From: Squalus acanthias
Lineage: Eukaryota
Assembly (NCBI GenBank): GCA_030390025.1
Contig: CM059432.1
Coordinates: 112,470,001-112,534,000 of the forward strand
Direction of reading: 5' to 3'
Length of the DNA: 64,000 bases
Of this stretch, positions 26,418-39,149 are shown one piece after another (the first letter of the stretch is position 1; each line of letters begins with the position of its first letter). The notes beneath the pieces were generated by a model that did no database searches, was not told the origin of the DNA, and saw only the letters and a list, made by a program, of their open reading frames with translations. The position numbers were made by a program, and so were the translations under genes.

Positions 26418-27164
26418 GGCCGAGAAATTCGGGTGGCCGGCTTGCCGCGGGGGTAAGGATCGCGCGCGCTCTTACCTACCGCGCCTGCCGTTGTGTTTCG
26501 GGCCCACAGGAACTTCGGGTCCTGGGCCTCTCCCAAGAGCCGGCGCGCAGTGCTTGCGTGTTCCAGGGGCGCAGTTAGTGCGATGCGAGTTAGTGGAGAG
26601 CCAATGGCAGCAGACCATCTTTCATTCATAGATTTGACAGGAGACCTGTCAAATTTGTGAATTGAAATCGGCCCCAAAAGAACAGCTAAACCTCAAATAA
26701 ATTTTAAAAAAACCTATCACATTAATAAAATAACTATAGTTAAATAAATTAACCACTTTAAACAAAAATTAAATTTTTGAAAAAATTAAAATACTTTTTA
26801 AAAGTTATAAAAATAAACTTACCTTTCTTTAAAGTCTCTAAAAAAGATAAACCTGTTGAAAATTTTTTAAAATTATACTTAATTAACTACTTACCTTGTC
26901 CAAAAGGGGTCTTGCGCCTCCTTTTTACTAGCGTAGAAGATTCAATACTTACCCTCGCGTTGAAACCTGAAATAAAACCTAAGTGTGCTGCGTGCGCGCA
27001 GCCTCTAGCGCGCACGCGGTTCACCTAGGAACCGCCCCCTTCGCCATACCGGAAGTGCCGGTTTCCCGCGCATGCGCAGTGCATGCAGGAAACCAGCACT
27101 TCGGGAACGAATACGGGTGAGTACGCAGCGGGTACTCACCCGAGAACGGCCGAATTTTTGGGCC
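26418..27164. mobile_element. Harbinger-type MITE, 747 bp, ATT TSD, CpG-rich arms with an AT-rich core
   Basis: TIR GGCCGAGAAATTCGG vs reverse complement GGCCCAAAAATTCGG (13/15). ATT at 26415-17 and 27165-67. Confidence 0.82.
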
Positions 27165-28082
27165 ATTATTTATACTACCTTTTCTACCTGAGCCTACCCC
27201 CTCATTTACTAATTTAAAGTCCTTGTGACCGCCCTATAAGGGTGGTGGAAGCTGATTCAATAGTAACTTTTAAAAGGGAATTGGATAAATACTTGAAGGG
27301 GAAAAATTTGCAGGGCTATGGGGAAAGAGCTGGGGAGTGGGACTAATTGAAGAGCTCCTTCAAAGAGCCGGCACAGGCACGATGGGCTGAATGGCCTCCT
27401 GTGCTGTATCATTTTATGATTCTATAATTGCTGCATAAGTGTGATCCAGGAAATTTCGGATGTGTAGCTTCTAGATTGCCTCTGGTATGATTTTTATTTA
27501 GGTTAGTTTAAGACTTTGTCACAGGAAGTTGCTACAAAGTGATAAGATGTAGATATGGAGCTCAGATTCTCTATACCTGGTATTCCCAATCTTGGCCAGG
27601 CCATTAAGAAGGAGTGGCAATTATAGGTTTCGTGAAAGAGGGAAAACCAGAGGACAAGTAACCACTCTTACACACTTCCGAGCAGCTGGTTACAGATCAG
27701 CTTTGCCAGAGACATAGGAAAAGTGTTGCCTGGTAATAGTGCATGGTGTATGTATAGGAAAGGTCTAAAGGAGAGTAAATGATTTAAAAATCTTAGAAAA
27801 TTAGTCTAATGAGAGAAATTTTACAAGGTGCCACATTTTACAAAGTACTACCTAAACATAACTCAAGATTCAGCCTGAGAGTGATCTGTTGGTGTAAGGG
27901 ACTAGCACACAAGCATCCAGTTACCATGCTCCTGTGTGTATTTTAAATTGACCTGTTTTATTGTCATTGTTTGTTTTCTGTGTTAGTGCTGTTTATCTCA
28001 CTGACAGGACAGCATGTTAAACAAGTCTTGTTGCTAAATTGTCCTGTAAAAATATGTTAATAAAATAAAGACAAGCTGTATA

Positions 28083-28680
28083 TGGCATGAAGCAAAGGGT
28101 AATGGTCGACGAGTGTGTGGCATGAAGCAAAGGGTAATGGTCGACGAATGTGTGGCAGGAAGCAAAGGGTAATGGTCGACGGGTGTTTTTGTGACTTGAA
28201 GGCTGTTTCCAGTGGGGTTCAGTACTAGGTCCCTTGCTTTTTGTGGTGTACATCAATGATTTAGACTTATATGTAGGGGGCATGATTAAGAAGTTTGCAG
28301 ATGATATGAAAATTGGCCATGTGGTTGATGGTGCGGAAGAAAGCTGTAGACTGGAGGAAGATATAAATGGACTGGTCAGGTGAGCAGATAAGTGGCAAAT
28401 GGAATTCAATCCGGAGAAGTATGAGATAATGGGAACGGCTAACAAGGCAAGGGAATACACTATAAATGGTAGGATACTGAGAAGTGTAGAGGAACCGAGG
28501 GACCTTAGAGTGCATGTCTACAGATCCCTGAAGGTGGCAGGACAGGTAGATAAGGTGGTTAAGAAGGCATACGGGATACTTTCCTTTATTAGCCGAGGCA
28601 TAGCAGGGAGGTTATACTTGAACTGTATAAAACACTAGTTAACGGTTAATGGCCTCCTTCTGTGCTGTAAATTTCTATAG
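28083..28680 (+). mobile_element. CR1 fragment with a triplicated 35-bp 5' end
   Basis: ORF 28399-28638 is a CR1 RT C-terminal region. 35-bp units start at 28083, 28118 and 28153. Confidence 0.88.
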
Positions 28681-30610
28681 AATCATAGAAAGTTACAGTA
28701 CGGAAGGAGACCATTTTGGCCCATCGTGTCCGTGCCGGCCAACAAAGAGCTATCCAGCCTAATTCCACTTCCCAGCTCTTGATCCGTAGCCCTGCAGGTT
28801 ACAGCATCCCAAGTGCACATCCAAGTACTTTTTAAATGTGGTTAGGGTTTCTGCCTCTACCACCCTTTCAGGCAGTGAGTTCCAGACCCCCACAACACTC
28901 TGGGTGAAGAAATTTCCCCTCAAATCCCCTCTAAACCTTCCACTAATTACTTTAAATCTGTGCCCCCTGGTTTTTGACCCCTCTTCTAAGGGAAATAGGT
29001 CCTTTCTATCCACTTTATCTATGCCCCTCATAATTTTATACACTTCAGTAAGGTCTCCCCTCAGCCTCCTCTGTTCCAAGGAAAACAAATCCAGCCTATC
29101 CAGTCTTTCCTCATAGCTAAGATTCTCTACTCCCGGCAACATCCTTGTAAATCTCCTCTGTACCCTCTCTAGTGCAATCACATCTTTCCTGTAATGTGGT
29201 GACCAGAACTGCACGCAGTACTCTAGCTGAGGCCTAACTAGTGTTTTATACAGTTGAAGCATAACCCCCCTGCTCTTGTATTCTATGCCACGGCTAATAA
29301 AGGCAAGCATTCCGTATGCCTTCTTAACCACCTTACCTACCTGGCCTGCTACCTTCAGGGATCTGTGGACATGCACTCCAAGGTCCCTTTGTTCCTCTAC
29401 ACTACTCAGTGTCGTACCATTTAATGTGTATTCCCTTTCCTTGTTAGCCCTCCCCAAATGCATTACCTCACACTTCTCCGGATTGAATTCCATTTGCCAC
29501 TGTTCTGCCCACCTGACCAATTTATTGATATCTTCCTGCAGTCTACAGCTTCCTCCTTCAGTATCAACCACACAGCCGATTTTAGTATCCTCTGCAAACT
29601 TCTTAATCATACCCCCTATATTCAAGTCTAGATCATTGATATATACCACAAAAAGCAGGGGACCTAGTACTGAGCCCTGCGGAACCCCACTGGAAACAAC
29701 CTTCCAGTCACAAAAACACCCATCAACCATTACCCTCTGCTTCCTGTCTTCGAGCCAGTTTTGAATCCAACTTGACATTTTGCCCTGGATCCCATTGGCT
29801 TTTAACTTCGTGACCAGTCTGCCATGTGGAACCTCATCAAAAGCCTTGCTAAAGTCTGTATACACTACATCAAATGCACTACCCTCATCTACCCTCCTTG
29901 TTACCTCCTCAAAAAATTCAATCAAGTTTGTTAGACACGACCTTCCTTTAACAAATCCGTGCTGACTATCCTTGATTAATCCGTGTCTTTCTAAATGAAG
30001 ATTTATCCTGTCCTTCAGAATTCTTTCCAATAATTTTCCCACCACCGAGGTTAGGCTGACTGGCCTGTAATTACTCGGTCTATCCTTTTCTCCCTTTTTA
30101 AACAAGGGTACCACATTAGCAGTCCTCCAGTCCTCCGGAACCACACCTGAAGCCAGAGAGGATTGGAAAATGATGGTCAGGGCCTCTGCTATTTCCTCTT
30201 TTGCTTTGCTTAACAGCGTGGGATTCATTTCATCCAGGCCTGGGGATTTATCCACTTTCAAAGCTGCTAAACCCCTTAATACTTCCTCTCTCATGATGTT
30301 TATTTCATCTAATATTTCACACTCCTCCTCTCGATAGCAATGTCTGCTTTGCCCCTCTCCTTTGTGAAAACAGACGCAAAGTATTCATGAAGAACCCTAC
30401 CGACGTCTCCCGCCTCCACACACAGATTGCCCTCATGATCTCCAATAGGCCCTAGCCTTTCTTTAGTTATCCTCTTACTCTTAATATATTTATAAAACAT
30501 CTTTGGTTTTTCCTTGATTTTACTTGCCAAGAATTTTTCATGCTCTCTCTTTGCTTTCCTAATATCCTTTTTAATTGCACCCCTGCACTTTCTGCACTCC
30601 TCTAAAGATT
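28678..30610 (-). mobile_element. CR1 LINE with a 511-aa uninterrupted ORF2 segment (28759-30294)
   Basis: Full RT domain through the natural stop, but the catalytic motif reads FAED and the 5' part is truncated. Confidence 0.95.
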
Positions 30611-33600
30611 CTGGGGTTCTGGGGGAGGTGGGACCAGTACAAACTGGACGGTTTGCACCTGGGCGGGACCGGGACCGATGTCCAAGGGGGAGTGTTTGCT
30701 AGTGCTGTTGGGGAGGGTTTAAACTAAAATGGCTGGGGGTTGGGAACCTATGCAGGGAGACAGAGCAAAGGGAAGCTAGGATAGAAACAAAAGACAGGAA
30801 GGAGAAAAGCAAAAGTGGAAGGCAGAGAAATCAAGGGTGTAAATCAAACAGGGCTACAGTAAATAATAATTCTAAAAGGACTAAGAGTGTTAAAAAAACA
30901 AGCCTGAAGGCTTTGTGTCTTAATGCGAGGAGCATTCGTAATAAGGTGGATGAATTAGCTGCGCAAATAGATGTAAACGGATATGAGATAATTGGGATTA
31001 CGGAGACATGGCTCCAGGGTGACCAAGGCTGGGAATTCAACATCTAGGGGTATTCAATATTCAGGAAGGCCAGGCAAAAAGGAAAAGGAGGTGGGGTAGC
31101 ATTGCTGGTTAAAGAGGAGATTAACACAATAGTAAGGAAGGGTATTAGCTCTGATGATGTGGAATCTGTATGGATAGTGCTGAGAAATACCATGGGGCAG
31201 AAAAATGTTAGTGGGAGTTGTATACAGACCCCCAAACAGTAATGCTGGGGATGGCATTAAACGGGAAATTAGAGACGCGTGCAATAAGGGCACAGCAGTT
31301 ATCATGGGTGACTTTAATCTACATATAGATTGGGCTAACCAAATTAGTAACAATACTGTGGAGGAGGAATTCCTAGAGTGTATACGGGATGGTTTCCTGG
31401 ACCAATATGTTGAGGAACCAACTAGAGATCAGGCCATCTTAGACTGGATATTATGTAATGAGAAAGGATTAATTAGCAATCTTCTTGTGCAAGGTCCCTT
31501 GGGGAGGCATTGATCATAATATGATAGAATTCTTCATTAAGATGGAGAGTGAAGTAGTTGACTCAGAGACTAGGGGCCTGAATTTAAATAAAGGAAACTA
31601 CGATGGTATGAGGTGCGAGTTGGCTAGGATGGATTGGGGAGCGTTACTTATAGGGTTGACGGTGGATAGGCAATGGCAAACATTTAAAGATCGCATGGAT
31701 GAACTGCAGAATTTATTCATCCCTGTTTGACATAAAAATAAAACAAAAAAGATGACTCAACCGTGGCTAACAAGGGAAATTAGGGATAGCATAAGATCCG
31801 AGAGAGGACATATAAATTGGCCAGAAAAATCAGCAAACCTGAGGATTGGGAGCAGTTTAGGATTCAGCAAAGGAGGACAAAGGGATTAATTAAGATGGGA
31901 AAATAGAATATGAGAGTAAGCTTGCAGGGAACATAAAAACTGACTGTAAAAGCTTCTATAGATATGTGAAGAGAAAAAGATTGGTGAAGTCAATCGTAGG
32001 TCCCTTGCAGTCAGAATCAGGGGAATTTATAGAAAGATAGAAGATAGGAGCAGGAGTAGGCCATTCGGCCCCTCGAGCCTGCTCCGCCATTCGATGAGAT
32101 CATGTCTGATCATCCAAACTCAGTACCCTGTACCTGCCTTCTCCCCATATCCCTTGATACCTTTAGCTTTAAGAAATATATCTAACTCAATCTTGAATAT
32201 ATTTAATGACTTGGCCTCAACTACCTTCTGTGGTAGAGAATTCCACAGGTTCACCACTCTCTGGGTGAAGAAATTCTTCCTCATTTCTGTCCTAAATGGC
32301 TTACCCCTTATCCTTAGATTATGACCCCTGGTTCTGGACTCTCCGACCATCGGGAACATTCTTCCTGCATCTAGTTTGTCCAGACCTGTCAGAATTTTAT
32401 ATGTTTCGATGAGCTCCCCTCTCATTCTTCTATACTCAAGCGAGTATAAGCCCAATCGACCCAATCTCTCCTCCTGTGTCATTCCTGCCATCCCAGGTAT
32501 CAGCCTTGTGAATCTTCGCTGAACTCCTTCCATGGCAAGAACATCCTTCCTCAGATGAGGCGACCAAAACTGCACACAGTACTCAAGGTGTGGTCTCACC
32601 AAGGCCCTGTACAACTGCAGCAGGACATCCCTGTTCCTATACTCAAACCGTTTCGCTATGAAGGCCAACATACCATTTGCCTTCTTCACCGCCTGCTGCA
32701 CCTGCATGCTTACCTTCAGCGACTGGTGCACAAGGACACCCAGGTCTCGTTGCACTTCCCCTTCTCCCAATCTATTGCCATTCAGATAATAGTCTGCCTT
32801 TCTGTTTTTGACATCAAAGTGGATAACCTCGCATTTATCCATGTTGTATTGCATCTGCCACGCTTCTGCCCACTCACTCAACCTGTCCAAATCATCCTGG
32901 AGTTTCTCAGTATCCTCCTCGCAGCACACACTCCCACCCAGCTTTGTGTCATCTGCAAACTTGGAGATATTACATTTAGTTCCCTTATCTAGATCATTAA
33001 TGTATATTGTGAATAGCTGGGGTCCAAGGACCGATCCCTGCGGTACCCCACTAGTCACTGCTTGCCACTCGGAAAAAGACCCATTAATTCCTACTCTCTG
33101 CTTTCTGTCAGCCAACCAGTTCTCTATCCAAGTCAATACCTTGCCCCCAATCCCATGTGCCTTAACTTTACATGCTAATCTCTTATGCGGGACCTTATCG
33201 AAAGCCTTTTGAAAGTCCAAATACACCACATCTACTGGTTCTCCCTTATCTATTTTCCCAGTTACATCCTCAAAGATTGGGGAACAAAGAAATAGCAGAC
33301 CAATTAAATACATACTTTGGTTCTGTCTTCACAAAGGAGGACACAAATAACCTCCAAGAGGTGTCTGGGAACATAGGGTCTAATGAGAGCGAGGAATTGA
33401 ATGAACTCAGTATTTGTTGGGAAATGGTGTTAGGGAAATTGACGGGATTGAAGGCCGATAAATCCCCAGGGCCTGATAATCTACATCCTAGGGTACTTAA
33501 GGAAGTGGCCCTAGAAATAGTAGATGCATTGCTGGTCATCTTCCAAAATTCTATCGACTCTGGAACAGTTCCCATGGATTGGAGGGTAGCTAATGTAACC

Positions 33601-34990
33601 CCACTATTTAAAAAAGGTGCTAGAGACATCGGTAGTGGGGAAAATGCTAGAGTCTATTATAAAAGATGTAATAGCAGAGCACTTCGAAAACAGTGGCAGG
33701 ATCGGACAAAGTCAACATGGATTTACAAAAGGTAAGTCATGCTTGACTAATCTACTGGAATTTTTTGAGGATGTAACTAGTAGAATAGATGTGGTGTATT
33801 TGGACTTTCAGAAGGCTTTCGATAAGGTTCCGCATAAGAGATTAGAGTGCAAAGTTAAAGCACATGGGATTGGGGGTAAGGTACTGACTTGGATAGAGAA
33901 CTGGTTGGCAGACAAGAAGCAAAGAGTTGGAATAAACGGGTCTTTTTCCGATTGGCAGGCAGTGACTAGTGGGGTACCGCAGGGATCGGTGCTAGGACCC
34001 CAGCTATTCACAATATATATTAATGATCTAGACGAGGGAACTAGATGTAATATCTCCAAGTTTGCAGACTACACAAAGCTGGGTGGGCGTGTGTGCTGTG
34101 AGGAGGATGCAGAGAAACTCCAGTATGATTTGGACAGGTTGGGTGATTGGGCAGATGCATGGCAGATGCAGTATAATGTGGATAGATGCGAGGTTATCCA
34201 CTTTGGTGGCAAAAACAGGAAGATAGATTATTATCTGAACGGCAATAGATTGGGAAAAGGGGAAATGCAACGAGACCTGGGTGTCCTTGTGCACCAGTCG
34301 CTGAAGGTAAGCATGCAGGTGCAGCAGGCGGTTAAGAAGGCAAATGGTATGTTGGCCTTCATAGCGAGAGGATTCGAGTACAGGAGCAAGGATGTCTTGC
34401 TGCAGTTGTACAGGGCCTTGGTGAGACCACACCTTGAGTATTGTGTGCAGTTTTGGTCGCCTTATCTGAGCAAGGATGTTCTTGCCATGGAGGGAGTGCA
34501 GCGAAGATTCACCAGACTGATACCTGGGATGGCAGGAATGACGTATGAAGAGAGATTAGGTCGATTAGGCTTATATTCGCTAGAGTTTAGAAGAATGAGA
34601 GGGGATCTTATTGAAACATATAAAATTCTAACAGGACTAGACAGACTAGATGCAGGAAGGATGTTCCCGATGGTGGGGGAGTCCACCCAGGGTCACAGTC
34701 TAAGGATAATGGGTAAGCCATTTAGGACTGAGATGAGGAGGAGTTTCTTCACCCAGAGAGTGGTGAACCTGTGGAATTCTCTACCACAGAAGGCAGTTGA
34801 GGCCAATTCATTAAATATATTCAAAAAGGAGTTAGATATATTTCTTGAGGCTAAAGGGATCAAGGGATATGGGGAGAAAGCAGGGACAGTGTACTGAATT
34901 TGGATGATCAGCCATGATCTCATTAAATGGCGGAACAGGCTCGAGGGGCCGAATGGCCTACTGCTGCTCCTATCTTCTATGTTTCTATGT
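30611..34990 (+). mobile_element. Long CR1 copy (ORF1 end, APE, RT) split by an inverted CR1 at 32031-33275
   Basis: ORF1 esterase-like end (YKLDGLHL); APE motifs IGITETW and MGDFN; GGGAATTTATA (32030) continues as TGGGGAACAAAG (33278); RT ORF 33617-34897. Confidence 0.93.
32031..33275 (-). mobile_element. CR1 LINE, 5'-truncated, same family as its host
   Basis: ORF 32120-33313 includes an intact FADD motif and the C-terminus. Confidence 0.95.
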
Positions 34991-35883
34991 ATTTAGCCCT
35001 CGGTATCTGTCGTACGCATCCCTTTTTTTTCTTTATCTTACCCTGTATGTCCCTAGACATATAGGGGGCTCTAGATTTGTTAGTCCCACCTTTTTTCTTT
35101 AAGGGCACATATTTGGTCTGAACCCTCCGGATCTCCTCCTTGAATGCCTCCCACTGCTCTGACACTGATTTACCTTCAAGTAGCTGTTTCCCATCCACTG
35201 TGGCTAAATACCCTCTGAGCTTAGCAAAATTTGCTTTTCCCCAATTTAGAATTTTTATTCCTGGTCTATTCTTAAATCTAACTGAATTATGGTCACTAGC
35301 ACCAAAATGCTCCCCCACTGATGCGCCTTCCACCTGCCCAGCTTCATTCCCTAAAACTAAGTCCAGAACCGCCCCCTCCCTTGTTGGGCTTGCTACATAC
35401 TGGCTAAAAAAGTTCTCCTGGATGCATTTTAGGAATTCCGCACCCTCTATACCCTTCATACTAATTTTATCCCAGTTAATATTGGGGTGGTTGAAATCCC
35501 GTACTATTACTGCCCTATAGTTTTTGCACTTCTCAGAAATTTGTCTGCATATTTGCTCTTCTATCTCCCTCTCACTGTTTGGGGGTCTGTAGTACATTCT
35601 CAGCAGTGTGATCGCGCCTTTTTTGTTTTTCAATTCGACCCATATGGTTTGATGATCCCTCCAACATATCCCTCCTCACAGCTAAAGTAATAGTTTCTTT
35701 AATCAATACCGCAACCCCCCCTCCCTTTTCACCTCCCTCTCTATCCCGTCTGAAAATCCTGAAACCAGGAATGTTGAGCTGCCATACCTGCCCCTCTTTC
35801 AGCCACGTCTCTGTAATAGCTATAATATCATAGTCCCAAGTATCTACCTGTGCCCTCAGCTCATCTGCCTTGTTCACTGTACT
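34991..35883 (-). mobile_element. CR1 APE endonuclease fragment
   Basis: IIAITETWL, YRPPNS, DFNHPNINW, LDLVL, SDHN. Confidence 0.9.
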
Positions 35884-36070
35884 CTTATGATTCTATGAGA
35901 GGCCTATTCGGCCTCACTGATAAAAGGTAGGTTTGAGCAAAAGCTCCATGTTTTGTGAAGCTCTGAAAACAAGTGCAATGCTTCTTTTGTAGAATCATTC
36001 TTATTAAAAGGATATGAAAAAACACCAAAATAAAAGCAGAAAATGCTGGGAACACACAGCAGGTCAGGCA

Positions 36071-36265
36071 AAAAGAAGGAAAGGCTTGCATTTATATAGC
36101 GCCTTTCACGACCACTGGACGTCCCAGAGCACTTCACAACCAATGAAGTACTTTTTTGAAGTGTAGTCACTGTTATAATGTAGGAAAGGCGGCAGCCAAT
36201 TTGCGCACAGCAAGCTCCCACAAACAGCAATGTGATAATGACCAGATCATCTATTTTAGTGATAC
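36071..36265 (-). mobile_element. L2-tail short insertion in the Penelope 3' end
   Basis: Minus strand ends AAAGGCGCTATATAAATGCAAG plus a CT-rich tail; probable AGGCA duplication. Confidence 0.7.
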
Positions 36266-37754
36266 AGATTTAGGCAGCACCTATGGAGAGAGAAACAGAG
36301 CTAATGTTTAAGGCTGACCTTTCATCAGAACTGGAAAATGTTAAAGATTGACGTCTTTTAAGAAAGTACAGAGCCAAGGAAAAGGGGGAGGGGAAGGAAA
36401 GAACAAAGGAGAAGGTCTGTGATCGGATGGAGGGCAGGAGTGAGTAATTAAGAAAACTGATGATGGTGCAAGGCAAAAGGAGGGGATAATGGGACAAGTA
36501 AAACAAAAGAAGGTTTCAGAGAAGGTGTAAATTGTTACAGCAGAACAGCAGAGGGGGAGGAAATCTGGCAAAGAAGAGAAGACTCCTGTGGTCAGGAATG
36601 TGGCAGAGAGAGGTAGGTGGAACCCAGGGGTGCGGACCACTCCAAGCACCAACCCATACCATCTCCACTCCAAGTAGCTCTGGTGCAGCCGGCCTCCGTT
36701 ACACAGTACCCGCTGTCTGAGAAAATGGTGGTTAAGATACAAAGTTGTTAAACAGAATGTTAAGGTCGTAAGGCTGTAAAGTGCCTAATTGAAAGATGAG
36801 GTGCTGCTCCTCGAGCTTCCGTTGAGCTTCATTGGAACAGTGTAAGAGGCTGAGGACAGAGAGGTTAAAGTGGGAGTGGCTTGGATAATTAAAGTGGCAA
36901 GAGACCAGAAGCTCAGGGTCATGCTTGCGGACTGAATGGAGGTGTTCAGCAAAATGATCACCCAATCTGCGTTTGGTCTCCCGAGTGTCGAGGATCATGA
37001 GCAGCGATAACTTGGAAGAAGAACAAATAAAACGCTGTTTCACCCAGAAGGAATGTTTGGGGCCCCTGGCCGGTGGGAAGGGTGGAGGTGAAAGAACAGG
37101 TGTTGCATCTCCTACACTTGCACGGGAAGGTGCCATGGGAAGGGGAGTGTGTGTTGGGGGTTCTGGGAGAGTGGACAAAGGTGTCACGTAGAGAATGGTC
37201 ATTTTGGAATGCTGAAAGGGGAGGGGAGGATTTGTTTGGTGGTGGCATAGCCCTGGAGGAGGCAGAAATGCCGGAGGATGATCCATTGAACATGAAAGCT
37301 GGTGGGCTGGAAGATGAGGACAAAGGGGACCCTATCGTTCTTCTGGGTGGGAGGGGTAGGAGTAAGGGCAGAGGTGCAGGAAATAGGATGGACATGGTCG
37401 GGGGCCCTGTCAATCATGGTGGAGGGGAATCCTCGGCTAAAGAAAAAGGGAGACATATCGGAAGTACTGGTGTGGAAGATGGCATCGCTGGAACAAATGC
37501 GACGGAGAAATGGGAGAATGGAATAGATTCCTTACAGGAAGCGTGGTGGGAGGAAGAGTAATAAAGGTAGCTGTGGGATTCGGTGGGTTTATAGTAGATA
37601 TTGGTGGACAGCCTATTCCCAGAAATGGAGATAGAGAAGTCGAGGAAGGGAAGGAAAGAGTCGGAGATGGACCATTTGAAGATGAGGGAGGGGTGGAAGT
37701 TAGAAGCAAAGAAATTTTCCAGTTCAGGGCGAGAGCAGGAAGAGGCACCAACAT

Positions 37755-37868
37755 CGAAAGAAAGAAAAGAAAGACTTAAATTTATATAGCGCCTTTCATG
37801 ACCACTGGACATCCCAAAGCACTTTGCAGCCAATGAAGTACTTTTGAAGTGTAGTCACTGTTGTAATG
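37755..37868 (-). mobile_element. L2-tail short insertion in the Penelope RT
   Basis: Closely similar to 36075-36180, with a (CTTT)n tail. Confidence 0.7.
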
Positions 37869-39149
37869 TCATCATTGCACCATAAAAAGAGGTCAGGATC
37901 TAGGTAGGACTGGAACAAAGAATGTTCCATGTATCCCACAAAAAGGTTGGCATAGCTAGGACCTATACGGGTTCCCATGGTGACACCTTTTATTTGGAGG
38001 AAGTGAGAGGAGTCAAAGGAGAAGTTGTTCAATGTAAGAACTAGTTCAGCCAGACGGTGAAGGGTGGTGGTGGATGGGGACTAGTTGGGCCGCAGTTCAA
38101 GGAGAAGCAGGTGGTCCTGGTGGGGGATGGAGGTGTAGAAGGACTGGACATCTATGGTCAAAAGGAGACGGTTAAGGCCAGGAAACTGCAAATGGTTAAC
38201 ATGGCGGAGGACATTGGAAGAGTTACGGATGTAGGTCTGAATAGACTGGACTATGGGAGAAAAAAGAGCCTAGATAAGAAGCAATAATTTCCGTGGGGCA
38301 GGAACAGTCTGAAAGAATGGGTTTACCGGGACAGTCCTGTTTGTGGTAGAAGTGGGGTTGGAAAACTATCAGGTTGGAGGTCATGGGAGGAAGATCTCAA
38401 GTGGAGATGAGGTCAGTGACGGTCTGGAAAACGATGGCTTGATGTTCGATGGTCGGGTCACGGTTCAGGGAGAGCTAGGAGGGGATGTCAGAGAGCTGGC
38501 GTTCAGCTTCCACAAGGTAGAGATCTTTTTACCAAACACAACATGACCACCCTTGTCAGCTGGTTTAATGACAATGTTAGAGTTCGACCTGAGAGAACGG
38601 AGTGCTGCAAAAAGAAACAAGCTGGACAAGCCTTTTTTGTTTGTGGAGGGAGATGAACTATAAATCAATTTCATCATCATGACCTCATCCACAAGAGATC
38701 CAGTGTTACATTTTGATGTGATTTATGTAAACAAAGAAAAGATTTGCCATTTGTTAACAAGACATTGGCGTAGATTTTATATTCATATCTCTGATTGGGC
38801 GTTACTCAGGTGGAGCGTTATTAGCTCCTGCCCAACCCTTAGTGTGCTGAATCTGTCTGATTTTGCAGGGACACCTTCTTTTGCATTGTGTGGGTGAACT
38901 CTCGGCACATATTGGAGCCTATTGCTGAGAGCTTGCTGGGGGAGGGGGGTGGCAGAAATAGCATTTAAGCAGCCCTTAAAGGATGATGGGTAAATTTAAA
39001 GGACTCCAATGACTTGATAATGGCCAACTCTTCGGCCAAGTGTTGGCAGCTTTTATAAATGCTGCTGATATTTTAATGTATATTTCAGCCTTTTAAAAGG
39101 TTGTTTGGGTGACAAAAATGCCTGGCAAAACTGAATGGCTGGCATAATA

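Larger units (their letters stand above)
36025..38610 (-). mobile_element. Penelope-like retroelement (RT plus GIY-YIG endonuclease), degenerate
   Basis: IVIKPADKGG; NNFSFDSSHFLQIKGVTMGTRIGPSYANLFVG; LPFLDFSI...YYKPTESHSYL; CKCRRCNTC; ETKRRLGDHFAEH...HFN...EQHLIFQLGTLQP. Hammerhead-like 3' motif at 36300-36330. Confidence 0.9.

Noticed and set aside
26945..26953. U1 snRNA gene (ATACTTACC)
   Set aside because: Only the first 9 nt match; better read as a minus-strand splice donor.
28759..30294. Active or domesticated reverse transcriptase
   Set aside because: 5'-truncated CR1, no endonuclease in frame, FAED instead of FADD.
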